64,000 nt of DNA, taken from Eledone cirrhosa (taxonomy: Eukaryota). This document shows, piece by piece, positions 27,911 through 38,555 of this stretch. Location of the stretch: positions 15,314,001 through 15,378,000 of the forward strand of contig OZ024741.1 in NCBI GenBank assembly GCA_964016885.1, written 5' to 3'. Position numbers and translations under genes: made by a program. Positions within the stretch are counted from its first letter, which is position 1; each line of letters begins with the position of its first letter. The notes under the pieces were generated by a model. That model saw nothing but the letters and a program-made list of their open reading frames with translations, did not search any database and was not told the origin of the DNA.

Positions 27911-28207
27911 AGAAATTGAATAAAAGTTTAATTGGTCCTATCGATATTACATATTAGAGATGGATGGATTGATATATATATATATATATGTACATTTATA
28001 TATATCTCCCTCTCTCTCTATATATATATATACACACCTATATATATACTCACATTTGTACGTATATATATAATATATATATATAAATTTATATAGTGTG
28101 TGTGTGGGTGCATGTGTGTATGTATAGGTGCGTGTGTGTGTGTCAACATTTATTATAAATGCTTGCGTACATGTATGTTTGTTCATATTTATGTGTGTAG
28201 GCTTATA

Positions 28208-28440
28208 TATGTATGTATGCATGTATGTATGTAGGTATGTATGTATGTATGTATGTATGTATGCATGTATGTATGTATGCATTTATGTATGTATGTACGT
28301 ATGTATGTATGTATGTATGTATGTATGTATGTATGTATGTATGTATGTATGTATGTATCTAGGCATGTATGTATGTATGTATGTATGTATGTATGTATGT
28401 ATGTATGTATGTATGTATGTATCTAGGCATGTATGTATGC
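28208..28440. repeat. (TATG)n microsatellite
   Basis: Direct observation. Confidence 0.95.
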
Positions 28441-29424
28441 GTGCCTACGTACGCTCGTTTATGTGTCCTTATATCTCAGATGTCATGGACAATAACATAT
28501 TAGGTTATCCTTGATTGAAAGATTCCAATGTAACATTTTTAATCAGATAAATTATAATTATTTAATTAATCCCACCGCAGAAATATCATTAGAAATATCA
28601 TTTGACGGGCTAACGTTCAATTTGAACGTCTATTCTTACCTTTGGCAGGGTGAGATCCTATATTGAGATATGACAGATAAAATATCAATGAATGAGAAAT
28701 ATCTGCATATTATAAGACAATGGAAATACTGTCGACTCCGGGAAATAAACTCATTGGGTCTTGGGTTCAATCCTCGGTTGAGATTTCATAAACTTATGGT
28801 GGACATTGTCAAGAATAAAAACATGAAATATGATTGGCAGTGAAACCAGGGTTCCAAACTAAGGACTGTGTGGTATTTCGAAGTTTCCACCGATATTTCT
28901 AGTTCACATCACTCACTGTGGTCCTACTTGATATATGGCCTAAACAATGGGCAGGAGAATATATAGGAATATTCTTTTACAAGTTTCTCTCACTGGAAAG
29001 TACAATATTCAATATACATGAAATATTGGCCGCGGCCCACAAAAGGAAAAGTTGATATCATGGGCTGAGAGAAAATGGTTGGATCCATTACGACTAGAGC
29101 CATGTGCCCAGTAAAACACAATTAGTCGAAGGCGAATAGTCGGAACCAAACCCATTAAGCATTGCGTACATCAGGGCAGAACTGGTAGCAGACGACCGAG
29201 GGTGAGTGAACTTCCTTGCATCTTCAAACTGCCAGAAGGATGAGCAAAAAGATTCTTCTCGCGTGAGGAGTTGAGGACCGAGAGCTTAATGCTTATTAAA
29301 CGCCAAAGTTTTATGAGATTTCTAATGGTATTTTTTAAAGCTGAAAAAAATAACAACGTCTAAGTTTTCTATGATATTTATCTTCCATTGTTAAGTAACT
29401 ATTTGCAAACAAATAATAATAAGA

Positions 29425-29641
29425 AGGGTTTCTTATATAGGCACAAGGCCAGCAATTTTGGGGGAGGGAAGGTCAATTAAATCGACCCCAGTGCGTGACT
29501 GGTACTTTATTTTATCGACCCCGAAAGGATGAAAGACAAAGTTAACCTCGGCGGGATTTGAACTCAGACCGTAAAGGACCGTAACTCTATGCTGCAAAGC
29601 ATGATATCCGACCCTCTACCGATACTGCCAATCCACCGTCC
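29425..29641 (-). mobile_element. Full-length SINE (Nin/Deu-like family)
   Basis: All motifs present in reverse complement; flanked by (TAA)n. Confidence 0.88.
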
Positions 29642-30106
29642 TAATAATAATAAATCCTAGAATACCAGTTTCGAATTCAGCTACAGATTTTTGCAGTCTG
29701 TTTACGTTTTCCATTTTTTTTGTGGGGTGGGTGGGTGATGAATTCCTTTTTCATTCGCCCTATAGGCTAGAAATAGCAGATATATTTCCTTCAAGCTACA
29801 TGTTACTCTATATATACACACTCATACAAATATGCGTAAATATTTATATGTGTGTGTATAATTGAAAAAGGGGGTAAAATTCCATACAAAGCAAAGATTA
29901 TAATTAAAAAGTGAAGGTTAAAAATGCACAGAAGTATATGTAAAGATATATTTTCCTTAATTTGACAGAATTAATCATTTTATAACAACAACAGACACGC
30001 AGACACAAACAACAATAACAACACACACAACAATAATAACACACACGGAGACAACAACAACACACATCAACAACAGCACACATCAACAACAACACACACA
30101 CATTCA

Positions 30107-32803
30107 ATGCCTCTCACCACCACCACAATCTTAACAAACACACAGACACAGAAAACAAGTAATTACAGTAGCACAGAAATCACAGAAATAAGGGAAAGTA
30201 ATAGGATTAAAAGGAGAAGGGAGACTAAGGACAAAGAAAATAACCAAGACGAACACACAGACACACAAAATAGGGTAGATAACAATAATGAGCCAGTGGA
30301 AAGAGACAGGAGTAATTATGAGAGACATAGAAACAACCATGAGGCTGTTGGTGGAAATAGAAATAGAAACAACACAACTAACAATAACAATAGCACTAGT
30401 ACACATAAAGCAGCAGCCTGGAACTCTACTTTTTATAATCCCTCCGATAAATCGTTCGACCTGCGACGAGTCCACGCCACGACTTTACCATTTAACAAAC
30501 GCACGCAATTGCCGTCGCAGGTCGATGAACAAACAGAAGCACAATTTAGTATAGCTAGATCCGAACTTAGAAATATTATAGAACAGTATAGCAAGAAGCA
30601 TAATAGAATGGAGGCCCAGCAACTGGGAGAAAAATCTGCAAATGGCTTGCGTAAGCTCATGCAGCGCTCGCGTAATGGAGAGATAGCATGCTTTCCAACA
30701 GACAAGTCTGGCAGAATGTCGGTTGACAGCCTGCCAAACTACATCCAGGCAATGCAACCCCACATCACTAACACAAGAGAGGTAACACCACAGGAGCATG
30801 AGGATAGAGAAAAAGCCCTCAATGCCCATATGGTGATGTGGACGAATATAATGCAGCCCAACAAAAGGACTGCCAACAACTTCCAGGCCTGGAACAATGA
30901 CGTGCCGGCGTTGTATGGGCTTCGAAAAGACCATAAAACGGGCAGTGACCCTGTCGCGGGACCACCAACACGGCCAGTCTGTGGAGCTAACATTGCTAGT
31001 AACTACAGACTGTCCTACTTCCTCTCCCTGATCATACGCCCCATCATTGAAATGTCCCCAGATGTATGTGACAGCACGGAGGACCTCCTCAGCAGAATCG
31101 GCGAGAGTAACCGATCTAGGGACCTAACAAACTGCATAATAGGCAGTATGGATGTTGTGTCCCTGTATCCATCTATTGACGTGGATTTTGCTGTGGAGAA
31201 ATGCGTAGAAATGATCAGTGAGAGCAATGTTGTGTTCCGTGGGATTGATACCAGTGAGCTGGGACTCCTACTTAAACTTACCTATAGTAATAATTACCTA
31301 GACACATATGACCTTAGCAACCTGTGCCCTACAAGACCAGCAAGAGGCAGACCACCTACCATTACCTCAATGGCCAAGAAAACCCACACAGATAGATGGA
31401 ACGGGTGGACCAGAGCCATACGGACACCCGAAAACCACGATGAACTGAAGAAAATGGTTGCACATGCGGTAGGGGCCAGCATAAAACTAACCCTTAAGGA
31501 ACATATGTTCAAATTTAATGGAAAAACATATGCCCAAGAGGAAGGAGCAGCCATTGGTGTTAGCATTGCAGGCGACATAGCTAACTTATTCATGGTATGG
31601 TGGGACAGTAGACTTAAACTTAAACTTAAAGAACAATTAGAAGACCCCTTAACCCTGATAATGTACTCCCGCTACGTTGATGATATAAACATCGTAGTTA
31701 AGACACCCCCACTAGAGAACAGTCAGGAACTAGAGAAAAACACAATGGAAAGCATCCAGCAAATAGCTAACTCCATCCACCAGAGCATTAGAGTTACTAT
31801 AGACTACCCAAGTAAACACCCCAACCATCGATTACCTGTACTAGACACAGAGCTCTGGTTAGATACCATTAATAACAAAAAACAAATCCTCCATTCCCAT
31901 TATGCCAAACCCATGACTTCCAAACATCTGATCCACCGAAACTCGGCCGTTTCGGACCATACCAAAATCAACATACTGATTGCGGATTTGGTACGGGTGA
32001 TGAGAAACGTGTCCCGCATGTGCAACCCCGAAGAACTAGAGAGACACATACAACACTTCATCCACCGTATGCAGTTCTCTGGCTACAATCAGAGAGATAA
32101 AATCAGAGTGTATAGAGGAGTCAGAACCAAATGGCAAAAAATGGTAAATAATGACATAAATGGGACCTGCCCCTTGTATAGGAGCAAATTTTGGAATAGA
32201 ATAGAAAGAACTAGGAACAAGGCTAATAGAATAAACTCATGGTATGATAGCAATAAATACCAGAGTGTAATGTTCATCGATACAACCCTTAGAGGTGAAT
32301 TAGCTTACAAATTTAGAAGGGCCCTAGATAAACATAAACTCAATATTAAGATAGTAGAAAGACCAGGTACCTCCGTAAAAACACTTATTAGCAAGACATA
32401 CCCTTTTCAAAGACCCTCATGTATAGATAAGAAATGTATAACCTGTAAAATAAGCCCCCATATTAACTGTAAAACTAGAAATGTAGTGTATAGCATAAGA
32501 TGTACTGAAGGACAATGTAGCGACAAAAATATAGTGTACATAGGTGAGACAGCTCGTAGTGTAGGGGAACGGATAAATGAACACTGGCGAGACCTTCAAG
32601 ATTGTAAAGAATCATCTGTACTCTACCAACATGCTAAAATAGAACACAAGGGTAAATTAGAGAACATAGAAATAAAAATAGAATCTACACACAGAAAAGA
32701 CGCAATGTTTAGACAAATCACAGAGGCAATAAACATAAAAGAATTACAACCAAAATTAAATAGAAAATATGAGTGGAACAGCAACATCACAACTTACAAT
32801 TAA
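30107..32803 (+). CDS. Penelope-like element polyprotein: reverse transcriptase plus C-terminal GIY-YIG endonuclease
   Basis: PTDKSG (DKG motif), PALYGLRKDHK, RPV, SMDVVSLYPSI, QEEGAAIG..IANLFM, YSRYVDD, LPVLD, YAKP; Cys-rich linker CIDKKCITC; NVVYSIRC..C..YIGET..R..EH..H..EH..E..LN; 898 aa with no stops. Confidence 0.96.
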   Translation: MPLTTTTILTNTQTQKTSNYSSTEITEIRESNRIKRRRETKDKENNQDEHTDTQNRVDNNNEPVERDRSNYERHRNNHEAVGGNRNRNNTTNNNNSTSTHKAAAWNSTFYNPSDKSFDLRRVHATTLPFNKRTQLPSQVDEQTEAQFSIARSELRNIIEQYSKKHNRMEAQQLGEKSANGLRKLMQRSRNGEIACFPTDKSGRMSVDSLPNYIQAMQPHITNTREVTPQEHEDREKALNAHMVMWTNIMQPNKRTANNFQAWNNDVPALYGLRKDHKTGSDPVAGPPTRPVCGANIASNYRLSYFLSLIIRPIIEMSPDVCDSTEDLLSRIGESNRSRDLTNCIIGSMDVVSLYPSIDVDFAVEKCVEMISESNVVFRGIDTSELGLLLKLTYSNNYLDTYDLSNLCPTRPARGRPPTITSMAKKTHTDRWNGWTRAIRTPENHDELKKMVAHAVGASIKLTLKEHMFKFNGKTYAQEEGAAIGVSIAGDIANLFMVWWDSRLKLKLKEQLEDPLTLIMYSRYVDDINIVVKTPPLENSQELEKNTMESIQQIANSIHQSIRVTIDYPSKHPNHRLPVLDTELWLDTINNKKQILHSHYAKPMTSKHLIHRNSAVSDHTKINILIADLVRVMRNVSRMCNPEELERHIQHFIHRMQFSGYNQRDKIRVYRGVRTKWQKMVNNDINGTCPLYRSKFWNRIERTRNKANRINSWYDSNKYQSVMFIDTTLRGELAYKFRRALDKHKLNIKIVERPGTSVKTLISKTYPFQRPSCIDKKCITCKISPHINCKTRNVVYSIRCTEGQCSDKNIVYIGETARSVGERINEHWRDLQDCKESSVLYQHAKIEHKGKLENIEIKIESTHRKDAMFRQITEAINIKELQPKLNRKYEWNSNITTYN

Positions 32804-32899
32804 GGACAAAATGAATACACACACACACATAGAACAAACAACCAACCAGTAACATGTAAATAAACAAATAAATAAATGAACATAAACACACACAGACAC

Positions 32900-32957
32900 C
32901 CGGATGTGGCGCATGCGCAGACTGAGCACACAACACACACACAGAAACAAAATGGCG
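32900..32957 (+). promoter_or_regulatory. Putative pseudo-LTR promoter motifs (ETS-like, NRF1-like, YY1-like)
   Basis: CCGGATGT 32900, GCGCATGCGC 32909, CAAAATGGCG 32948; CGCATGCGCA retained at 17238 in the diverged copy. Confidence 0.4.
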
Positions 32958-33004
32958 TAGGACAGAACAAAGGAGAGGCACAAAAATAAAGAAAGGAATC
33001 CCCA

Positions 33005-33047
33005 GTCACTGAAGAGGTCACAGAGTGTGTGACGAAAGAACTATGAC
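33005..33047 (+). ncRNA. Minimal hammerhead ribozyme in the PLE pseudo-LTR
   Basis: GTCA-CTGAAGA-G-GTCACA(gagtg)TGTGAC-GAAA-G-AA-CTA|TGAC; predicted cleavage after 33043. Confidence 0.85.
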
Positions 33048-33496
33048 AATATATAAACAACTATCTGGTTGAGGAACCAACCAACCAACCAGAAATTTAT
33101 AAATTTATAAATTTATTATAAATTTATTATAATAAATTGAAGTGAAAGCAACTGGTGCGTGTGTTTCTTATTGACAACATGACCCCCCCCCCCCCAAAGT
33201 ATAACAATATCGGTTTCAACACACGATTTCAGATAAAGAATCTTGCTAAACAAATTCAGAAACGGAATTTTATAACTGTTGCATTAAATATAACTGGCTT
33301 CAATTGTTATAACAATCTTATCAAATATCATAAATTAAATATTTAAACAATGTATTTTTATGTATTCTGTTAGCAGTTCAAATACATGTTAGTTTACATA
33401 CATATAAAGATATACATATGCATCTGTTTGTATGTGGCGGCACGCGACTTGTTATTATATGGTATATTTAAATTAGGATCAATGAAAGTAAATAAT

Positions 33497-33680
33497 TGTT
33501 TCTACTTTAGGCACAAGGCCAGCAAATACCCAGTGCATTACTGGTACTTTATTTTATCGACCCCGTAAGGATGAAATGCAAAGTCAACCTCGGTGAGATT
33601 TGAACTCAGATCGTAAAGGGACGTAATTATGCTGGAAAGCATGGCGTCCGACCCTCTACCGATACTGTCAATCCACCGCC
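33497..33680 (-). mobile_element. Full-length SINE with 19-bp target-site duplication
   Basis: ATCAATGAAAGTAAATAAT at 33478-33496 and 33681-33699. Confidence 0.92.
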
Positions 33681-34107
33681 ATCAATGAAAGTAAATAATG
33701 AATGAATTTTGGGTTAGGAAGATAACTAATTTGATGCCTCTTTTGAAGACCTTGGAAGAGAAACATTGTTTGTTCTCTTTCAGAAAATTATGCCTTTCAC
33801 TAGCACTGCCCGACAGTATTTACACGAGGTCAGAGTCAGATTAAACTTTCAAGTGAAAATTTCATCAATGCCCTCGAATGGGGAATGTGTAGGTTTTATA
33901 TATTACCTAAAATAACAAAAAAATAAGCAATAATTTAGAGTCTTTTCAATATTGTCAATCTCCCATTCTCCTTAATCTGCTACTAAACAAGGGTTCCCTA
34001 AAGTTGTCGATATCATCTCCCCAGAGACCGATGGTACTCCTCAGAAGGTCGATTGGAATTTGGGCTCAAAACCCGAAATTTGTATGTGAAAGGAGAATAC
34101 ATAAAAC

Positions 34108-34317
34108 AATGGTTTCTGATTTAAGTACAAGGCCAACAATTTTGTGGGAGGTATAAGTAAATAAAATCTACATCAGTGCATTATTGGTACTTTATTTTAT
34201 TGACCACGTAAGAATGAAAGACAAAGTTAACCTCGGCGTGATTTGAACTCAGAACGTAAAGAGTCGCAACTATATCTCACAAAACATGCTGTTCGACGCT
34301 CTACAGACACTACCAAT
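34108..34317 (-). mobile_element. Diverged SINE copy
   Basis: Core TGGTAC..GAATGAAAGACAAAGTTAACCTCGGCG, GATTTGAAC. Confidence 0.8.
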
Positions 34318-34596
34318 AAAATACAACTTGCTTATATTGGTTTGTAATTTATATATTATTGGTCCCTATTGTCTGTTTTATATTCTGTTTACTGATTTAT
34401 TTATTTAATTAGTTATTTATTTTTGCACATGCTTGAGCTAGAGGATCCCATGAAGGGGCCAACGATCACAAACATTTGGGGATCTCTGGTTTACACATTC
34501 GGAAATTGAAGCATCTAGTTGTGGTATGAAATGAAGTTGAAATCACGATCACATCCAGCTGATCAGGAGATTTCCTTTCTTGTCGTTCTTGAGTGT

Positions 34597-34650
<54 letters not shown>

Positions 34651-34792
34651 TTTGAGTATGTGTTGGTTGTATACCAACACCGCAGTATGCAGATTGGAGC
34701 ACTCGACGAAGTGCGCAGGTTGGTTTGGTTACTCCGGAATAATGTAAAATAAAATAAATAAGCCAAATGTTTAAAATTTGGCTTCGTTTATT

Positions 34793-34847
34793 ACTGCTAT
34801 ATATATTTCGGTGACAGCCATCTTTGGCTGTGACCTCTTCAGGCAGT
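34793..34847 (-). ncRNA. Hammerhead ribozyme (left arm of palindrome 34745-34956)
   Basis: ACTGC-CTGAAGA-GGTCACAGCCA(aaga)TGGCTGTCACC-GAAA-TATATA-TA|GCAGT. Confidence 0.85.
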
Positions 34848-34850
34848 CCA

Positions 34851-34908
34851 ACTGCCTGAAGAAGAGGTCACAGCCAAAGATGGCTGTCACCGAAATATAT
34901 ATAGCAGT
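34851..34908 (+). ncRNA. Hammerhead ribozyme (right arm; extra AGA in core)
   Basis: Same as left arm but CTGAAGAAGA. Confidence 0.7.
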
Positions 34909-34949
34909 AATAAACGAAGCCAAATTTTAAACATTTGACTTATTTATTT

Positions 34950-35011
<62 letters not shown>

Positions 35012-35013
<2 letters not shown>

Positions 35014-35190
35014 AGAAGTTGTGCTAAAAAGCTCCTGGCTTTCGGTAAAAGGAAATACAGGAGGATCAGTTAATTATGATTTTATTCAACATATTCCCCT
35101 CTCAGATTCACACACTTATTGCAGCGGTCTTTCAGTTTTTATAAGCTCAGTAAAAACAACCCCGTAGTTTGGGCCTCCAGTCAGACCTCT
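35012..35190. mobile_element. Probable Tc1/mariner terminal fragment
   Basis: Starts after TA with a degenerate mariner-type TIR (..GTGCTAAAAAG.TCCTGGC) and typical subterminal TTTATTCAACATA.TCCCCTCT..CACACTT..CAGCG; by recall only. Confidence 0.45.
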
Positions 35191-36950
35191 TAAACCAAAT
35201 ATTCACATTTGTCCAAACACATACAGAGTATTCTGTTCGGAACTCAAGATGATATTAGTGATCCATATACATATAATAAATAAATAATAAAAAACTTGTT
35301 AAACTTCAATTATAACTTTACTAACAATGTTTTTATTATTTATTTATTATATGTATATGGATCACTAATATCGTCTTGAGTTCCGAACAGAATACTCTGT
35401 ATGTGTTTGGACAAATGTGAATATCTGGTTTAATAACAGGCTTCTAGCTACATTTATATGTACTCTAGATACTTAAGGACATTCTAGTGTTATAATTGTT
35501 AAATATTTTCTAAATTATGTAACGATTATAATTTTTTAATTTAATTAAATTCGGATTACCTTCGGGTCGATGAAAATCTTAAGTTTTCTCTTTCTCATGT
35601 TTGCAGACACTTTAAATATGATACTATACTACTATAGAGATCCTTTAAAAAAATGTTCTTGTATTTTAAATTATATAGCTTAAATATTTGGCACTTATAT
35701 GATCGCAAACAATTTACTTATTTATTTTGAATCTAGTTCGTTTCCTTACGATTCATGAATTTTTTATAGTATTACATGATTTTATAGTATTACATGATCC
35801 TAAGATACAATAATTGATCTAAAACCATAATTGTAACAATATTAACAGTAACTTATTTATTCTATTGTATTATATTGTGTTATGCTTTAGGGCATTCTAA
35901 TTGTTAATTTTAAATTTTTTAGGTTATAACTAATTATTTTCTAAATTATATAGTGAGAATTATTTTAGTATGGGAAAATAATATAAGATAATATAATTTA
36001 ATATGGTTTATCTTCGTGTGGATGAAAATACTAAGTTTGAAAACACTTTAAATATGATTTTATAAATTAAATATGTTAGTATACTTTAATATTAATATAG
36101 ACATTTATAAACTTTTATAGCCTGAAATATTATACCGTTAGTTTAATCCATTATTCTGAACTAACATAAGGAATTTGAAATTTAACGGTCAGCCGAATAC
36201 GTTTGGATATATATGGTGTATAAATAATTGTTAGTATATTTCTTATTAATTGAGGACTCGAAATTAAACCCTCATATAATTTACACCGAGATATATTTAA
36301 TATTTAAATAGATGGATACTTCTAGATAATTCAAAGATTCGAGTTTACTCTTTCACAAAGCTATGCCCAAATGTATATTTATCTATGATTTATACTATAA
36401 AAATTATTCCCCTTTTGTCTCTTTATCCTTGATCAATTCTCTTTTGCTTTCTATACTTCTAGTAACTATATTTTTTCCTCATCTGTTTCTCCCTGTCTTT
36501 CTTCTTTCTTTCTTCTTTCTTCAATAATTTAAATTATTTGAATCTCTAACAGTTATGTAAATTGCTATTATGTATTTTTAAGCTTTCTCACACGCACCCT
36601 CTGTATTATATGTAAGTTTTTTCATGTCTCAATCTTAAGGTATATAAATATTGAGTCTTGTCATATCATATTCACTACCATGACTGAATCTTAACCATCT
36701 ACTATGTCAGGGTATGTCATGCATCATCTTATTTTATTTTATTTTATTTTATCTGATGAGGACGTACTGTTGAAGATAGCTCAGTACCTCTGAAATATGT
36801 ATAATAAAATATACTTGATCACACGAATGTCTATTTTTGTTAATATTTTGAATTAATATTAATAACTCCGGAAAACCGTGACCGTTGAGTGCTTCCAATC
36901 TATTGTAAAACTAATTCTTTGATTTATTCATTGAACCTTGTTTAACCTTT
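35191..36950 (+). mobile_element. AT-rich 1.76-kb element with inverted 5' end and 3' HHR
   Basis: 35191-35293 inverted to 35330-35432; HHR-like motif about 150-200 bp before the terminal (TA)n; no ORF. Confidence 0.55.
36748..36806 (+). ncRNA. Hammerhead-like motif
   Basis: TTTAT-CTGATGA-GGACGTACTG(ttgaagatagct)CAGTACCTCT-GAAATATGTA-TAATAA. Confidence 0.5.
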
Positions 36951-36952
36951 AA

Positions 36953-36992
<40 letters not shown>

Positions 36993-36997
<5 letters not shown>

Positions 36998-37733
36998 GAT
37001 AAGCAGAACAAGTAAAATTCAATCAATTTTTTAAAAATACATTAAAAAATATAATATAAATATTTACCTCTCCTAGTGGCCCTTACTGATCAGTTTCGCT
37101 TTGTAAAACCTCATAAATCCGATGGATTCTGCTTATCTTAATATTAAAGTTCTGGTGTATCAAATTAATACCATTGAACAACCTTGAATCATAGACAACC
37201 TATGTATTTCTGGGGGTACCTAGTATCCCTGGACATATTAACTTCAATCTCTTTCTCCGTCCGTTGAGAGCAATTCTGTTGCTCTATTTAGCTGCTATTT
37301 TTTTAGTAGTAATTGTAGACAGCAAGTCTTTGATTTTCCCGCTTTTACTTCGGTCCAGTTTACATACGGGTCACTTTTACGACCTTTCAGACCTTTATTT
37401 GCTGGCAGGAGGTTATATATTTTGTCGTTCCTGGGACGTTTAGCCCTAGGAAGAGAAAATGCTTTTCTGATGAGCTTTGGTTTTCCATCATAAATCCATC
37501 GGATTTATGAGGTTTTACAAAGCGAAACTGATCAGTAAGGGCCACTAGGAGAGGTAAATATTTATATTATATTTTTTAATGTATTTTTAAAAAATTGATT
37601 GAATTTTACTTGTTCTGCCTATCTTAATATTAAAGTTCTGGTGTATCAAATTAATACCATTGAACAACCTTGAATCATAGACAACCTATGTATTTCTGGG
37701 GGTACCTAGTATCCCTGGACATATTAACTTCAA

Positions 37734-37736
<3 letters not shown>
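36993..37736 (+). mobile_element. Retrozyme-like 486-bp partial tandem unit with inverted 5' segment, within (TA)n
   Basis: Direct repeats 37127-37250 / 37613-37736; 36993-37126 is the reverse complement of about 37495-37630; single HHR. Confidence 0.85.
37461..37542 (+). ncRNA. Hammerhead ribozyme with extended stem II
   Basis: CTGATGA-GCTTTG..TCATAAATCC(atc)GGATTTATGA..CAAAGC-GAAAC-TGATCA-GTA|AGGGC; stem I imperfect. Confidence 0.8.
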
Positions 37737-37769
<33 letters not shown>

Positions 37770-37770
<1 letters not shown>

Positions 37771-38548
37771 CCATACTTAGGAAATAAAATCAATTCTACC
37801 GCTTCTGTAGACGATGAAATGGTAAATAAGAACGCCAAGGATAGTGAAGCCTTTGGAAAGATGCGAGCAAGGTTGTGGAATGAAAGATGATTGAGTTTGA
37901 AAATGAAAATCTCATTTTACCGTATTGTTGTCGTCTCAACATTGCTGTATGGGTCTGACTAGTAGACACCATACAGAAAATACATTACACACCTAGATAC
38001 AACACAAGAGATATTCTTAGAAATATCTCTGGTTTCGCATGGAAGAACAAAGTCTTTAATGAACAGTTGCTTAGTAAATGTGATATACAAAAGATAGAGG
38101 CTTTCTTAAAATCTTAATTAAGATGGGCTGGCCATGTTGCATGAATGATGAAAGACAGCCTAAAATTGTCACTTATGACCAGCTTCAAGTGAGAATGCGA
38201 AACGTAGGAAGACCTCTTCTTAGATACAAGGGTAAACTGAAGAATAATATCAAATTTATTGGAATACAACCATCAGAATTTGAAGAATGTGCTCCTGACC
38301 CTAATAAGTGGAGGAGAATCTGTCAAAATTGCACCAGGAGCCATGTGAAGACAAGGGTTGGTCACCTAGGTGATCTAATGCAAGGTGAAAGGAATGTAGT
38401 TTCTGTTCAACTATTTTTGTATGAAAGTTGTGGTCTGGTTTGCAAAAGCAGGACAGGTTTAGTGTCTCACAGTAGACATAATCACTAAAACGAGGAAAGT
38501 AACATCTTCTGGCCTTCATGTGCCTTACACGACGAAAGTGTCCATCAT
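37770..38548 (+). mobile_element. RTE-clade LINE 3' fragment (degenerate)
   Basis: PYLG..DDE..AFGKMRARLW..LSLKMKISFYRIVVVSTLLYGS; LRWAGHV, RQPK, RNVGRPLLRYK, terminal zinc-finger-like ESCGLVCKSRTGLVSHSRH; stops and frameshifts. Confidence 0.88.
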
Positions 38549-38555
38549 ATATATA

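Larger units (their letters stand above)
29985..33268 (+). mobile_element. Penelope-like retroelement, probably 5'-truncated, with 3' pseudo-LTR
   Basis: RT+GIY-YIG ORF, 3' UTR, HHR and tail shared with the 17 kb copy; boundaries approximate. Confidence 0.85.

Noticed and set aside
30131-32599. Antisense and alternate-frame ORFs within the PLE
   Set aside because: Shadow ORFs of the RT-EN gene with no motifs
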